This document shows positions 24,780-35,918 of a stretch of 64,000 bases of DNA, in pieces (positions within the stretch are counted from its first letter, which is position 1; every line of letters starts with the position of its first letter). The notes under the pieces were generated by a model. It made no database searches. It was given only the letters and a program-made list of their open reading frames with translations, and had not been told where the DNA came from. Origin of the DNA: Lophium mytilinum (lineage: Eukaryota); the NCBI GenBank assembly GCA_010093605.1, contig MU004189.1:1619834-1683833 (forward strand). The letters run 5' to 3'. Both the position numbers and the translations under genes were made by a program.

Positions 24780-25470
24780 GACGGCAATGAAACACGAGTC
24801 AGGGAATGAAATAATCTAGCAGTTCAATTCAGAAACAGTGCATCCGGGGGGGCACAACGCTTTTCAGTATACTCAAAAATAGCATGACGCATGGGCAAGT
24901 CTGCATGCGGCATCCATTCCGACCTAGAGGCTGCTTTATTTGCGGGTCTGTTGTCGCTCGGATTCGCTGCTTCACAACAAACCCGATACTAGCACCAGAA
25001 TACTCGCCTACCACAAAACTGGCTGTACCCCGAACTCCGACGACTTGTTTGCACCACAGCCTCCCTATCTCCCATCTACCAACAGCCGATGCTGAATAAC
25101 CTGAACCCCTTCACTCACTACTTGGCGGAGGTGTCCAGATATTTGTCACTTCCAACGGCTGAATGCTTGGCCAAGATGGTCCCTTGCCACGGCCCATCCA
25201 CATAGCCTGCCGCTTCCCTGCGAGCAAGACGCCTTATGCAGACAGTAATCAGATCTGCGATACTAAGCCTCCAACGTCGTATTTAGCTTTGAATCTGAAA
25301 TAAAGCTGCTAACAAATGCCTTGGATACAGAATTCTATAAGTCTTGCGCGGAACCCCGATCGGGACCTGCAAGCCACTTTGCGTACCTTCGTACCGTTTA
25401 CGACCATCCACCAGAGCGCGACATTACCCCTTTCTCGTGTACTTTGCATCTGCCCCGGTTATTTGCACCA

Positions 25471-27651
25471 ATGGACCCCCGGCAGCTGGAGTGCAGGATC
25501 TGCAAGAAGACATTCACTCAGAGTATGTACTGCACTATTTTCTCCTATACACGCCGTTCGTATGTGATAGGCAAATCCGAGGCAGAGCCTCTATTTGCGT
25601 AACGTCGTATCCCCAAGAAAAGCTATAACACTCTAATTCAAAGTACATGCGTTTATTGTGCAAGTCGTCCTCGGTCAAACTTCCATCCCAACAGCCCACT
25701 CCATCTTTGCGTCAATTCGCCTCTCAGACAAGAGCATCGAATTACTTCCACCGCTGACTTCACCAAGAATCGTCTCTAGTCAGACACACGAAACGATGTA
25801 CTCCAGGGCCAAGCCCCAGTCTACGCCAGAAGTCCTGCCGCTGGTGTACAGCGTCGAAGGTCCGATGCGATCTACAACGACCGACTTGCTCACGGTGCCT
25901 GCAACGAGATCTGGCCTGCGAGTATGTTGTTCCTCTTACTAGGAATGGGAGGAGTCCGTCTGCTTCAGATTTCGCGCGGAGCGTTGATGGCTCGACCAAT
26001 TCGGCCAGTGCTAGTCCACCCTCAGCTCCGGATCATCAACCGCCTCAGGTTTCGTTCACGTAAGTACTGCAACCAACCTTCTTGTCTACTTTCAGAGTCA
26101 TTGGCAGTACGAGCATGGGCATCTCCAGGGTGTAGTTGCTCGACGTTGTATCCTCTTTGCACGCATGCTTGGGAAGCTCAGCCCTTTAGCGTACCCAATC
26201 CTAGTGTCAAGAGAGCAATACTCACCGGAGTTCAAAGTTCACCCCCAACTGACGCTTAACAGCTCGCCCACCTCCACGCCTGCTCCCACCCTCACAAACG
26301 CCTCGCAAACGGAAGGGAACACGCAAACAGACAGCTTCTCGCGGTTTCTATTCTCAAACAACGAGCCATTTCCCAACGCGTCATCTTCAAGCCTCGGTGC
26401 GGACCTGGCATTAACTTCATTCGCCGACCCATCGCACTCTCCCGCTCCTAACACGCCCGAAATCAACCACTTCGGTAACGACTGGACGAATTTGCCATTT
26501 CTTGAACAACTTGACTCCACTCCTCCGCTAGCGAGACACAGCATGGAGGTCTTACTTCGTGTTATGAAGACTTGGCCAAAGATGCTAGCAAAAGAATTCC
26601 AGCCTCCACCTCTGCTTCATACGTCGCAAATGTACCATATACTCACTAATCAAAACCCACGAGTGCTTCCGGAACAGTCAACACATCCCGTGCCACAACC
26701 GCTTGCGAATTGTTTTACTATTTCCAAAATGTGGGCTGGTCAGTGTCAGGGAGCGAGTGATATTGTGACGGAGACTGTTACGAAAGAGATGCAATCGTTG
26801 TTTGAGAAGGTACGTTGCCTATTCTGGAGTGCGGAGTGTGTAGTGTCACGATATGGTCTGCGGATAAGGACTAGAGGGCTGAAACCTATTATAATACTCC
26901 GTCACTAACTAGTTACAGTACCGCACAATGGACGAACCAAACCTCCTCGCCGCCATTCAAGCTCTGGTCCTCTACACTGTCATGCTACTGTTTCCCTCTC
27001 ACTCCCAAGCTTCTCTCTCTCCCGTCGCCCCTGCTGTCTTCGCCTCTATCCAGAAGGTCGTCTACTACGTCGCCAGCACTGGTCTCGTGCTCCCAGAAGA
27101 GCGCGATCACATCCGACCCTCCTGGGACTCCTGGATCTACGTTACCTCGAAACGACGCGCTGTATTCTCCCTTTACCTTCTCCACTGGTCTTACAGCGTT
27201 TACAACGGCCTCCCCTCCTTCAACTGTGCCGAGCTCGGCTTCATGCCCGCACCTGCGCCAAAGTTCCTCTGGGAAGCTGCCAGCCGCGATGTCTGGGAGG
27301 CTTACTATATCCGTTGGCTCGCACAGTGGAGCGGGGAGGAGTACATGATGCGGGAATTCCAGGACGTGGAGACGCGGCAGGGCCCGACAGTTGATACGCG
27401 CACGGGGCTGTGGCTCGAGGATGCGGACGAGCTAGGGATACTGTTCTTCTCTATTGGTGGGTCGAACCCTGTTTCTATTAATGTTCAGGTTCCAGAGTTT
27501 CTAGAGGTGGAGGGGGCGAGAGAGTGCTTTTTAATTTTACCGCCGCCTGTGAAGTGTTGCTACGCAGCGGGCTGACGTAGGTGCAGTTGGGGCGACGATG
27601 AGGGAGCCGTGCTTTATGGAGTTTGGGGGGAATGAATTGGTCAAGGTGTGA
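25471..27651 (+). CDS. Transcription factor with C2HC/C2H2-like finger plus Zn(II)2Cys6 cluster, multi-exon (3' end approximate)
   Basis: Exon 1 MDPRQLECRICKKTFTQ splices to KSSLVRHTKRC..RQKSCRWCTASKVRCDLQRPTCSRCLQRDLACEY. C-terminal fungal TF region LLAAIQALVLY..PSWDSWIYVTSKRR..PAPAPKFLWEA. Confidence 0.88.
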
Positions 27652-28721
27652 TGGTTTTCGGGTCCAAAGGGGAGTCACGCGTTTAGGTACTTAGATTGGT
27701 GTTCCTGAGGTGTGAGGGTTGAATAATTCGGCGGTCTTGCCTGCAATGTAGCGTTCGTTATACCGAATGATGAAAGATAACTATATAAAATCAATGACTA
27801 AAACGCCAATCACATTTTCATGTGCTTAAATGATATGAATCAATTAAAATTTTGTACTATTTCTACCGTTAACGTATACACGCCCGAATACAACCCTCTA
27901 TACAGTCCTTCAACCGTCAGAACCACGCCCTATAAACATGCCTGACTAAAACGATTCCAGATGTACAAACCCCTTCACTAACAAAGATAAAGCACACCAT
28001 GTTAGATTCATGGTAGTCTCCTGCATAGACTGTTGTAGTACAGCTGGGGATTCATAGCGCCGCCATGGCGCACCCGGAATTCCGAGCACGACCCGACCAC
28101 AGCACACCGCCTGACGCTGTTTCGACTCTCTGCGCCACCCAGAACTGACTCCAACAACATTCCCCATTTGACTCCTAGGGTAGGTTAGACAGAGCAGTGG
28201 CAAACCTTGTAGCTTGGCAGGGACTTCATACTATGAAATGCCGGCTTCGTCATCTACCACCACACCACATCTGTCGATTGAAATGCTTGGCGTGCTTCAA
28301 CAAACGCTCGTAGACAACAAGCATAGGGCTCCTTCGTGCAGTCGCTCCGGAGTTACAAAAGCTCGGGTAAGGCTGAAAGAGCTAGGGAGAAGAAGTGAAG
28401 AATTCATGAATGACGTGCTTTTTCACACACCACAAGGGATATGCTGGATTAGTTTGAGTGTGCTACCTTTGTAACACTCCATATGGAGGGAGTTGGCTTG
28501 CTCGGCACCTTCACGTCACGCAATAACATGATAGTAGGTCTCTGAACGAAGTGTATAGGTAGAGATATAAGACTCCTTTTTTTGTCACATAAACAATCAT
28601 CTTCTTCTCAACTCATCCAGCCGTCCTCAACACTCATCTCCTACCGCTCTCTGCATTATTTTTCTCTTCCATCTTCGTCCTACGACTCTTCCGCCTTTCA
28701 TCCTCAAGAACATCACCCATC

Positions 28722-29652
28722 ATGAACGACTATCCCTCCTTCACGCTAACATGGCACCGCACTAGCTACTCCTCCATCTCCCCAACCACGAACCCCACCC
28801 TCTCCTTCGCCTCAAAGAACATCCTCATAACCGGCGGCGGCACCGGCGGCGGCCTCGCCATGGCGCGCTCCTTCGCCCTCGCCGGCGCCGCCCACATCGG
28901 CCTCCTAGGCCGGCGCATCCCCGTCCTCTCCACCGCCGCCGCAGCCCTCTCCACCGAGTTCCCAGGAACCCAATTCCACACCTACAGCGCCGACGTCGCC
29001 AACGAACTCGCGGTCGACACGGCCTTCGCCGCCTTCGAAAAGGACGCCGGGAAAATCGATGTGGGCATCCACAACGCCGGCTTCCAGCCCGCACTCGCTC
29101 CCCTGTCCGAGATGTCTCCTGACGACTTCAAGGCGGGCATCGACACCAATGTGATGGGCTCGCTGTACTTCATCCGCGCCTTTCTGCGCGCGGCGGCGGC
29201 GGAAGCGGTGCTGATCTACGTGTCCTCGGCTGTGATGCATCTGCCGACGATGGCGAATTGGGCGGGTTATGCGGTGTCGAAGGAGGCGGCGACGAAGCTG
29301 TTTATGCATGTTGTGGCAGAGAATAAGAATGTGCGGGTGCATGCGATTCATCCGGGGTTGTTGGAGACGGATATGAGTGCGATGAATATTCCGAAGGGGA
29401 GTGGGGTCGTGTTTGATGATAGTGAGTTACACCTTTTTTTGATGGTGTCGAGTGGTGTGGGGTTCTGCTAACGGGGAGGTAGTGAGTTTGGCTGGGGACT
29501 TTGCGGTGTGGATCTCGAGTCCGGAGGCGAAGTTCCTGAATGGGACGTTTGTGTGGTCGAATTGGGATGTTGAGGAGATGAAAGAGCGGGCGGAGGAGAT
29601 TGAAAAGGGATATCTGTTGAGGATGGGGCTTGTCGGCTGGGACAAGATATAA
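28722..29652 (+). CDS. Short-chain dehydrogenase/reductase (SDR), one intron near 3' end
   Basis: ILITGGGTGGG, IHNAG, catalytic YAVSK, IHPGLLETDM, terminal WISSPEAKFLNGTFVWSNWDVEEM. Confidence 0.92.
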
Positions 29653-30030
29653 AACATCCCCCGAAACGCAAAAAGGAGAGTCCCCCACTGTCGCGGATCG
29701 AACTTAGGGTTCCAAAAGGGAATGTTCAAGTAGTAAAAGTTCGCCGGGCAGGGCCCTACGCTACATCTTTACCTCCACAGCCTCGGCTTTTCTCTTCTTG
29801 TGCCTCCTTGTCTTCTTCTTCGCGCCCTCAGCCGCGCCTTCGGCCGTATCCGTTCCTTTCCGTTCCTGCTGACCTTCTTCCTCGCCAACTAATATCTTAA
29901 AGCCGCCTTTAGGCCCTTCCGCGTCTCCGAATATCTCTATTCTTCAATTGCCTGAGCCTTGCCTTCTTACTCAGATGCTTTCGGTCTTTCTCAAAAAAAT
30001 TAGGTAGAGCAAAAAGAATATTAAAAGAGC

Positions 30031-30268
30031 AAAAGACCACCTTCCCGATGGAAGGTGTAGAAAACCCAACGAGAGTTTATCTCCGTAGCCCGGTTCACAT
30101 GCTCACGTATCAGTCGACGCTTATTGCATGTACCGTATTGGCTAATTCTCGAGGCCCGCGGGACCCTCCGGGAATCGAACCCAAGGTCCTCGAGTTGGCG
30201 ACGTCGGCCGGTTCGGTTGGTGCGCTGCTCGACTCGGAGGGGGAGGAGACCAACTGAGCAAACCTAGT
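30031..30268 (-). ncRNA. Putative Pol III (type 2 promoter) structured ncRNA or tRNA-derived SINE
   Basis: Minus strand shows an A-box-like TTGCTCAGTTGG (30261-30250), a perfect B box GGTTCGATTCC (30181-30171) in a T-arm-like hairpin, an 8-bp terminal hairpin (30057-30038) and then T4/T4/T5 runs. No acceptor-stem pairing, so not a canonical tRNA. Confidence 0.55.
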
Positions 30269-30430
30269 TGTTAGTGATAGGCGGCCAAAATAACCCAGTC
30301 CATATACCCTTATTCAACGCTCCAGGCCACAGACATAAACAATTCAGTGAGTGGAGAGTTCGCCGGGCAGTGCCCTACGCTCCATGTTATTCTGTGTACA
30401 TCTTCGAAATACGTTCTCACCTTCAAACTA

Positions 30431-30500
30431 CGTCCACCTCGGATCACGTTCACCTGCCCAGTCCCGTTCACTCAGATTACGTTCACCTATCCAATCCAAT
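30431..30500. repeat. Imperfect ~33-bp tandem duplication
   Basis: gtccacctcggatcacgttcacctgcccagtcc versus gttcactcagattacgttcacctatccaatcc. Confidence 0.6.
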
Positions 30501-31146
30501 CCACCTGCCAAAGCACACTCACCTCTTCATCGCTAAGCAGCGTATTCCTACCTCCCAATTATAAGCTCGATTATTTCACCGTCAAGGATTTATGAGCTTG
30601 CTAAGGACTCATCAGCAGCAGCCAATTCAGCGGCCACAATCCGCGCGCACAACAGCAGGCAACAACGCGTAACTTTAATGCGTGGAAGTACGTACAAAAC
30701 GTCAATAAGGGGAGGGGTAATAGAAAGACACGTGCTAAGTCGCGCTATCACTTGATCACTCTCAATCTCCATCACCACAGAAAGATTCCATTCAGATAAA
30801 CTGCATGGACCAAGTTCTTCTCAAATTGTACTATACACCCCCATCTTCACCTCTCCATCTGGAAGGGAGATCGCTGCAATCCTAATGGTACAACGCAAAA
30901 GATCGCTGAAAGCATACCTTACGCCAGATGCCCCCACCCGCTCGCTCGTGTATCGTCAACTTTGAGTGAAGATCCATGTGAAAGGACAAAACAGCCCTAC
31001 CCAGAACCCAACCCCATGCCACCAAGGGGTATTCCTGTGAGCCAGAGACGACGGACCGGGTTAGCCAACCCTCGTCCATTCCACCTACCCAGACCCATAC
31101 CAAACCCAAACCCAAAGAATCCACCAAACCCGTATATATCCTACAC

Positions 31147-34100
31147 TCACGCCAAATCCTCGTCCTCGTCCTCCTCATCATCGTCGTCTTCTTCTTCATA
31201 CTCATCCTCCTCCGCAAACCCCGAATCGCTCCCACTGCTCCCCTCACTAAACCCCGCCAACCCATCCTCATCCCCGCTCTCCCCCATGCTCATCTCCTCA
31301 TCCGCCTCCTGCGCCCCACCCCCCGCATCCATCGCCAACTCATCCTCACTCCCGCTGCCCCCATCCCCCATCTCCACCTCCATCTCCCCGCCCTCCGCCC
31401 TCTGCGGCGGCCGCCACGTATTCGGGCTCCAACTCCCCCCCTCATCGTCATTCCCCCCACCGCCGTCTACACTATCAACCTCCGTATCCCCCCCGTCTCC
31501 TCCCCCTTCAAACCCCCCTCGCCCAACCACCGTCCCAGAATGCGGCGTCGCGTACGCAAACGGCGTCCCTCCCCCCTTGACCCCCTGGCCCTGTCCCTGC
31601 ACATACCGCAGCTCCGCGCCCGCGAGCGCGCTCCGCTGCGAGCGGCTCGTGGCGTCCGAGTTCGAGTTGCTCCGCGGCAGGCGATGCGGGCTGCTGAAAA
31701 AGGGCGACGGCGGCTCCTTGCTGCGGCGCGGCGTGTTCATGTAGCGGAACGCGGCTTGCGAGGAGCTGGGTTGGGAGGCAGCGGGCTGGTAGTGCTGCAA
31801 GGGGAACGGGGAGGGGGAGCGGTGGAGGCGGAGGCGCTTGGGATTGGAGGCCGAGTGGGTCCGGGAGGCGCGGCGGGCGTGGGCGTCGAAGGAGGCGCCG
31901 ATGCGGCGTTTGCTAGTGGAGGCGGAGTGCTGGGCCTGTTCGATTCGGGCCGTGGTGAAGGCGTCCTCGTCGGTTAGGGGGGCGGAGAAGGTGCGGCGAC
32001 CGTGGATGGAAGGGCGGCGAGCTGGGAAGATGGAGAGGGGCGAGAGGGGGACTTTGGGTTTGGAGGTGGTGGGCAAGTCTTCCGTGATGGACTCTTCCGT
32101 GGGCCATTGGTAGTCGTCGGCTTGGCGGAGGGAGAGTTGGCCAGTGTGGGTGCTGCTGAAAGAAGAGGTGGCAGTGGCGGGTTGGTCGAGCATGACGTTG
32201 AAGGACCAGTAGGACTCTTTGGCGTCGGCTTCAGCAACGTGGGACGTGCTGGAGTTGATGCTGCCTTCTTTCTGCGACGACCTGGAGTCGGGACGAATAC
32301 GTGGTAGCTCGCGCAAGCGCTGCCATGTCCAACAAGCCTCTGGGTTGTTGCTTTCTTGAAGGTAGGCCCCGCGCTGGGTAACGTATAGTCGCCTCGCTGC
32401 TTTCGAGAGACGCATGGTAATGCCAGAGACGAGAAATTGAGCCGTCCAAAGAGCCGGAGTAGACATTTCTGCGGAGCTGAGGAACCTAAGCCTAGACGAC
32501 TTAAAGACCTTCCGAAGAGGAATGAAGGATGCCTTGAGACCTGAATGAGTGGATACTGAACGTTCCCCGCCGTCCGAATGTTGAACATCCTCGGCATCAT
32601 CGGCTGATCCTATATGCTCTAGTAGGGTCCCAAAAGCCTTTCCGATGAGATTTTGGATGTCTCCCGCGTTGGCGCTGGTGATGCTGACATTGCGTACGAA
32701 ACCTCGGCTCTGGAGTCTCTGATAGGCTAGGTTATTGCGGCCGCAAGCCTTTGGGTACAGCCAGTCGTCGGTGTCATCCGCCCATTGGCTAATAGCTTGA
32801 CTGCTCCAACCACTGTTCACTTCGTTTAGAGGCAGGGAACTCTTCGACATTGACCGCACACTTCGAGCCTGTGTCCATTCCTCGGTGTCCTGGGTTCTGG
32901 CTGACGACTGGTGCATGGCGTCATCCGGAGAGTACCAGATGCCTCGTAAGTCCTTCCCCCAAGGCAGCAGGACGACTTCGATATTCCATGGCGTAACAGA
33001 AGTAGGCAACGCTGCAGCCTCGAGGGTACCAAGACGATCTTCGATAGCTTCCAATTTGACCTCGATGCCCTTACGATCTATCGTAGCAGCAGCTAGGGAG
33101 GCTGATGTCATGGATTGCGCTACACTGCTCTGGAATGACTGATGAGATTGTAGCGATTCGGAACCATTCAGTCCTCGCAGACCGGAAGCGAACTGGTCAC
33201 GACTGCTTTGGTCGGCGTCGATTATAGCGTGCAGCTTGTCGTGGTCTTCCATGCGTGACTCTAGATGCAGCAGCCGGTCATCAACGAGCTGGAATTGCTG
33301 GTTGACGTCGTCAGGGTTTACATGAGCGAACGAATTGACCTCGAATCCATCTATGCGGTCATTGATCTCTCGGAAGGCCAAGGGAATGTTCGGAATAGAG
33401 CTAAGCAGATTGTGCAGAGGAGCCAGATAGGGGTAGATATTCTGCAACAGGTGAGGCGAAGCAGACCTGAAGGCGTTCTGCAAGGGATCTTGGGGATTGG
33501 CCGGGGAATTGGCTATGAGAAGTTGAGGGCCACTTCCAATATTGGGGGTAGCGGTATTTGGCCGTGTGTCTCCCGGTCCACTAAAGGCATTCCTCTCAGC
33601 ATTGCGTGCGAGCGATTCTACAAACTTTTTAGCTTCCTGGACGTTACGGTCAACAGCCGCCAGATCTGGAGTATTGTGAATGCTAGGCGTCGCAACTTCG
33701 GTCGCACTTGTAATGAAGTCCTCCGGATTTAGCGTATCCGGGATAGTATCGTGCGGATTGATGTGAATCTGTGGGACGTGGCGATTGAAATCTACGAATT
33801 GGTCCAGAGTGGCTTGAGCGGCGTTAATCTGCTGCGCATTGTAGTCCGATATGGAGTTGGCTTTAGTTGACGGGACTTCAGAGTCAGTACGCTGGCCACG
33901 TACACTGGCATCATCGGGCACCGTCGAGAAGGACTGTTGACGATTGTCGGCCAGCCCAACACCACCCGCGTTCATTAGCAGACCGAGCCCAGTAGGACTT
34001 CGGCCGGACTGGCCCCTCCCATTCGCTCCTGTTTGTGCTCCTACGCGGGATGTGAATGTAGCTCGCTCGTTCGTATCCATCAAGCATACCGAGGGAATTC

Positions 34101-34647
34101 GAGGTTGGTAGGAGGTGCTCGGCTCGGATGGAGAATCACGGAACTGCTGGGTCGGCCGTTCGACCCTATCATTTTGGGGCCGCTGGCTCGTTGACCGGCC
34201 AAGAGTGCCTGTAGTCGCAATTCGAGAGCTCCCTAATTGCAACCCGCGAGAGGGATCTGCTGTCGCGCCATCCTCCTCCACTGTCCTCAGTGCTCTTATT
34301 CCAGACGCAGTATTGGCGCGCGTATCGTATACCGAGCCGCTGATAGCTCTGGCCGAGATTGGGGTAGGTAGCCGGTCTCTCGGGCGATAGTCCATCTGGT
34401 GGAAGCATGCATGGTGCCCGCAGACACACCAGGTGGAGCGCTCGCTGCTCGGTCGATGCTCATTACTCGCATCATGAATGTCCTCGCTGCCCTTGTCCCA
34501 GAACTGGTTACAGCCACAAGGTCCTACAGCCTGATCGCGATGGTTGCAGGGTCCATTGGGGAGGGGTCGCTTGGAGGAGGGGGGTTGGGTCGAAGTCGCA
34601 GGAGGGATCGGGGCTGAAGCCGTAAATGCGTGTCCAAAAGCCGCCAT
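31147..34647 (-). CDS. Uncharacterised intronless protein (1166 aa) with N-terminal Cys/His cluster, coiled coil and acidic tail
   Basis: 3.5-kb ORF; GPCNH..CGCNQF..WCVCGHHACFH; central coiled coil; globular EVVLLPWGKDLRGIW..PKACG..RLQSRGF region; D/E tail. Confidence 0.85.
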   Translation of the reverse strand: MAAFGHAFTASAPIPPATSTQPPSSKRPLPNGPCNHRDQAVGPCGCNQFWDKGSEDIHDASNEHRPSSERSTWCVCGHHACFHQMDYRPRDRLPTPISARAISGSVYDTRANTASGIRALRTVEEDGATADPSRGLQLGSSRIATTGTLGRSTSQRPQNDRVERPTQQFRDSPSEPSTSYQPRIPSVCLMDTNERATFTSRVGAQTGANGRGQSGRSPTGLGLLMNAGGVGLADNRQQSFSTVPDDASVRGQRTDSEVPSTKANSISDYNAQQINAAQATLDQFVDFNRHVPQIHINPHDTIPDTLNPEDFITSATEVATPSIHNTPDLAAVDRNVQEAKKFVESLARNAERNAFSGPGDTRPNTATPNIGSGPQLLIANSPANPQDPLQNAFRSASPHLLQNIYPYLAPLHNLLSSIPNIPLAFREINDRIDGFEVNSFAHVNPDDVNQQFQLVDDRLLHLESRMEDHDKLHAIIDADQSSRDQFASGLRGLNGSESLQSHQSFQSSVAQSMTSASLAAATIDRKGIEVKLEAIEDRLGTLEAAALPTSVTPWNIEVVLLPWGKDLRGIWYSPDDAMHQSSARTQDTEEWTQARSVRSMSKSSLPLNEVNSGWSSQAISQWADDTDDWLYPKACGRNNLAYQRLQSRGFVRNVSITSANAGDIQNLIGKAFGTLLEHIGSADDAEDVQHSDGGERSVSTHSGLKASFIPLRKVFKSSRLRFLSSAEMSTPALWTAQFLVSGITMRLSKAARRLYVTQRGAYLQESNNPEACWTWQRLRELPRIRPDSRSSQKEGSINSSTSHVAEADAKESYWSFNVMLDQPATATSSFSSTHTGQLSLRQADDYQWPTEESITEDLPTTSKPKVPLSPLSIFPARRPSIHGRRTFSAPLTDEDAFTTARIEQAQHSASTSKRRIGASFDAHARRASRTHSASNPKRLRLHRSPSPFPLQHYQPAASQPSSSQAAFRYMNTPRRSKEPPSPFFSSPHRLPRSNSNSDATSRSQRSALAGAELRYVQGQGQGVKGGGTPFAYATPHSGTVVGRGGFEGGGDGGDTEVDSVDGGGGNDDEGGSWSPNTWRPPQRAEGGEMEVEMGDGGSGSEDELAMDAGGGAQEADEEMSMGESGDEDGLAGFSEGSSGSDSGFAEEDEYEEEDDDDEEDEDEDLA

Positions 34648-35250
34648 GGGCGCCTATGTGAGCATCCCAGAGAGGACGCGGGCTGCCTAGCATTGGGCCA
34701 TTGTGGATCTGCGAGAAGCTTTGCGCCATGTTAGCAATTGGGGTCGCAGTTTCTGGCGGGAACTTTTGGCGTACAGAAAAGTAGCGAGCTCGAAATGCGC
34801 GACTAGAAGAGAGTTAGAAACAGCTGCAACTCGACGAGTACTATATAGACAGGCGGCACGGCGGGCGAGGGCTTCGTGGTGGAGAGAGGGAGTAGGGCGG
34901 GGTGAGGGCGACGACAGCTTCAGCAGATTATTCGGGAGGCCGGCGACTGTGAGTGACTCTTCTCGTGCAGCGGGCCACGGGCCAGATGAAACTGGACGCG
35001 CTGCCGCGGTCGGAGTGCAACGGTTGCCTTGCCAAATTTTGAGGCCAACACCAAACGGGCCTCCCGCTGGTTCGGGCGGTGGCTTTTCGAGGCATCGCCA
35101 TTGGCCAGAAATATCCGGGGAAGGTGATCCGTTCCTAGCGCCGATAAGCCGACCCTGGCGCGGGACAGGCGGGACTTGACCCTCGAGAGAACGTGGACCT
35201 GGAACTGATTCACCAGAGCCGTGAATCAACCCACAAACCCCCCGCCATTT

Positions 35251-35312
35251 GCTGTCTTGGACCTCGAAACGCTGTCTTAGACCTTGAGATGCTGTCTTAG
35301 ACCTCGAGATGC
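35251..35312. repeat. 3 x 20-bp tandem repeat
   Basis: gctgtcttggacctcgaaac / gctgtcttagaccttgagat / gctgtcttagacctcgagat. Confidence 0.9.
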
Positions 35313-35918
35313 GAGATTCCTCCTACTCTTCGCCCGTCGTGGAGAGACCAGAGGCAGCAATGCAGCACACAGATTGATGACCTGTCACAGTATTTGCCTT
35401 CTGCACCCTCTGATTGGCCTGATATTAGGCCTTCGAGTTCTCGCCTTGCGTGGGCGGCCGCATAGCTGCATTGTAGATCATCAGTATCAGGAGGCACACC
35501 GATGTCTCTGACCATGGCCATCTCTCCACAACGCCTCAGCTCCGCCGTTGATTTGGGCCGGGCGTCTAAACAAGGCAAAACGGTGATACAGAACCGATGT
35601 CGAGATACCCAAAGTACGTGAAGTATTTGTTGCACGAAGCACGGCGTCTCTTCCAGGTCACCGTCGACAAGGGGGTGAAGCGATGCACCTCAAACATACC
35701 ATCCCACGCTAGAATGCACTCTCCTGCGCTAAATATATGTAATGTCGTGACCTCATTGCCTAGCTACTTCGTGTCAACGCCTCTAATTCGCTATACCCTA
35801 AAAATTTCAGGAAAAGGCCTCAGCCGTACTTTAGGATGTCTCACCAAGGAAAAGAAAACATGCTTGTGCCTCTATCCTGAACGCCCAATCAGTCTTTGCT
35901 CTGGTCAGCCTGGACCAA

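Noticed and set aside
1..29652. Secondary-metabolite gene cluster (ABC transporter, Ayg1, SDR, TF)
   Set aside because: No PKS, NRPS, terpene cyclase or DMATS in the window, and the genes are interspersed with hexokinase and unrelated loci. A backbone gene left of base 1 cannot be excluded.
29760..29990. Lys/Glu-rich coding remnant on the - strand (..AEGAKKKTRRHKKRKAEAVEVKM*)
   Set aside because: Short, no start codon, upstream stops, low complexity. Cannot be supported as a gene.
30160..30268. Canonical (intron-containing) tRNA gene
   Set aside because: T-arm and A box are present, but the 5' and 3' acceptor strands do not pair and no U33-type anticodon loop can be placed. Reported as an ncRNA/SINE candidate instead.
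30962..31744. 260-aa Ser/Pro-rich + strand ORF
   Set aside because: Antisense shadow of the acidic, Gly-rich tail of the 1166-aa gene.
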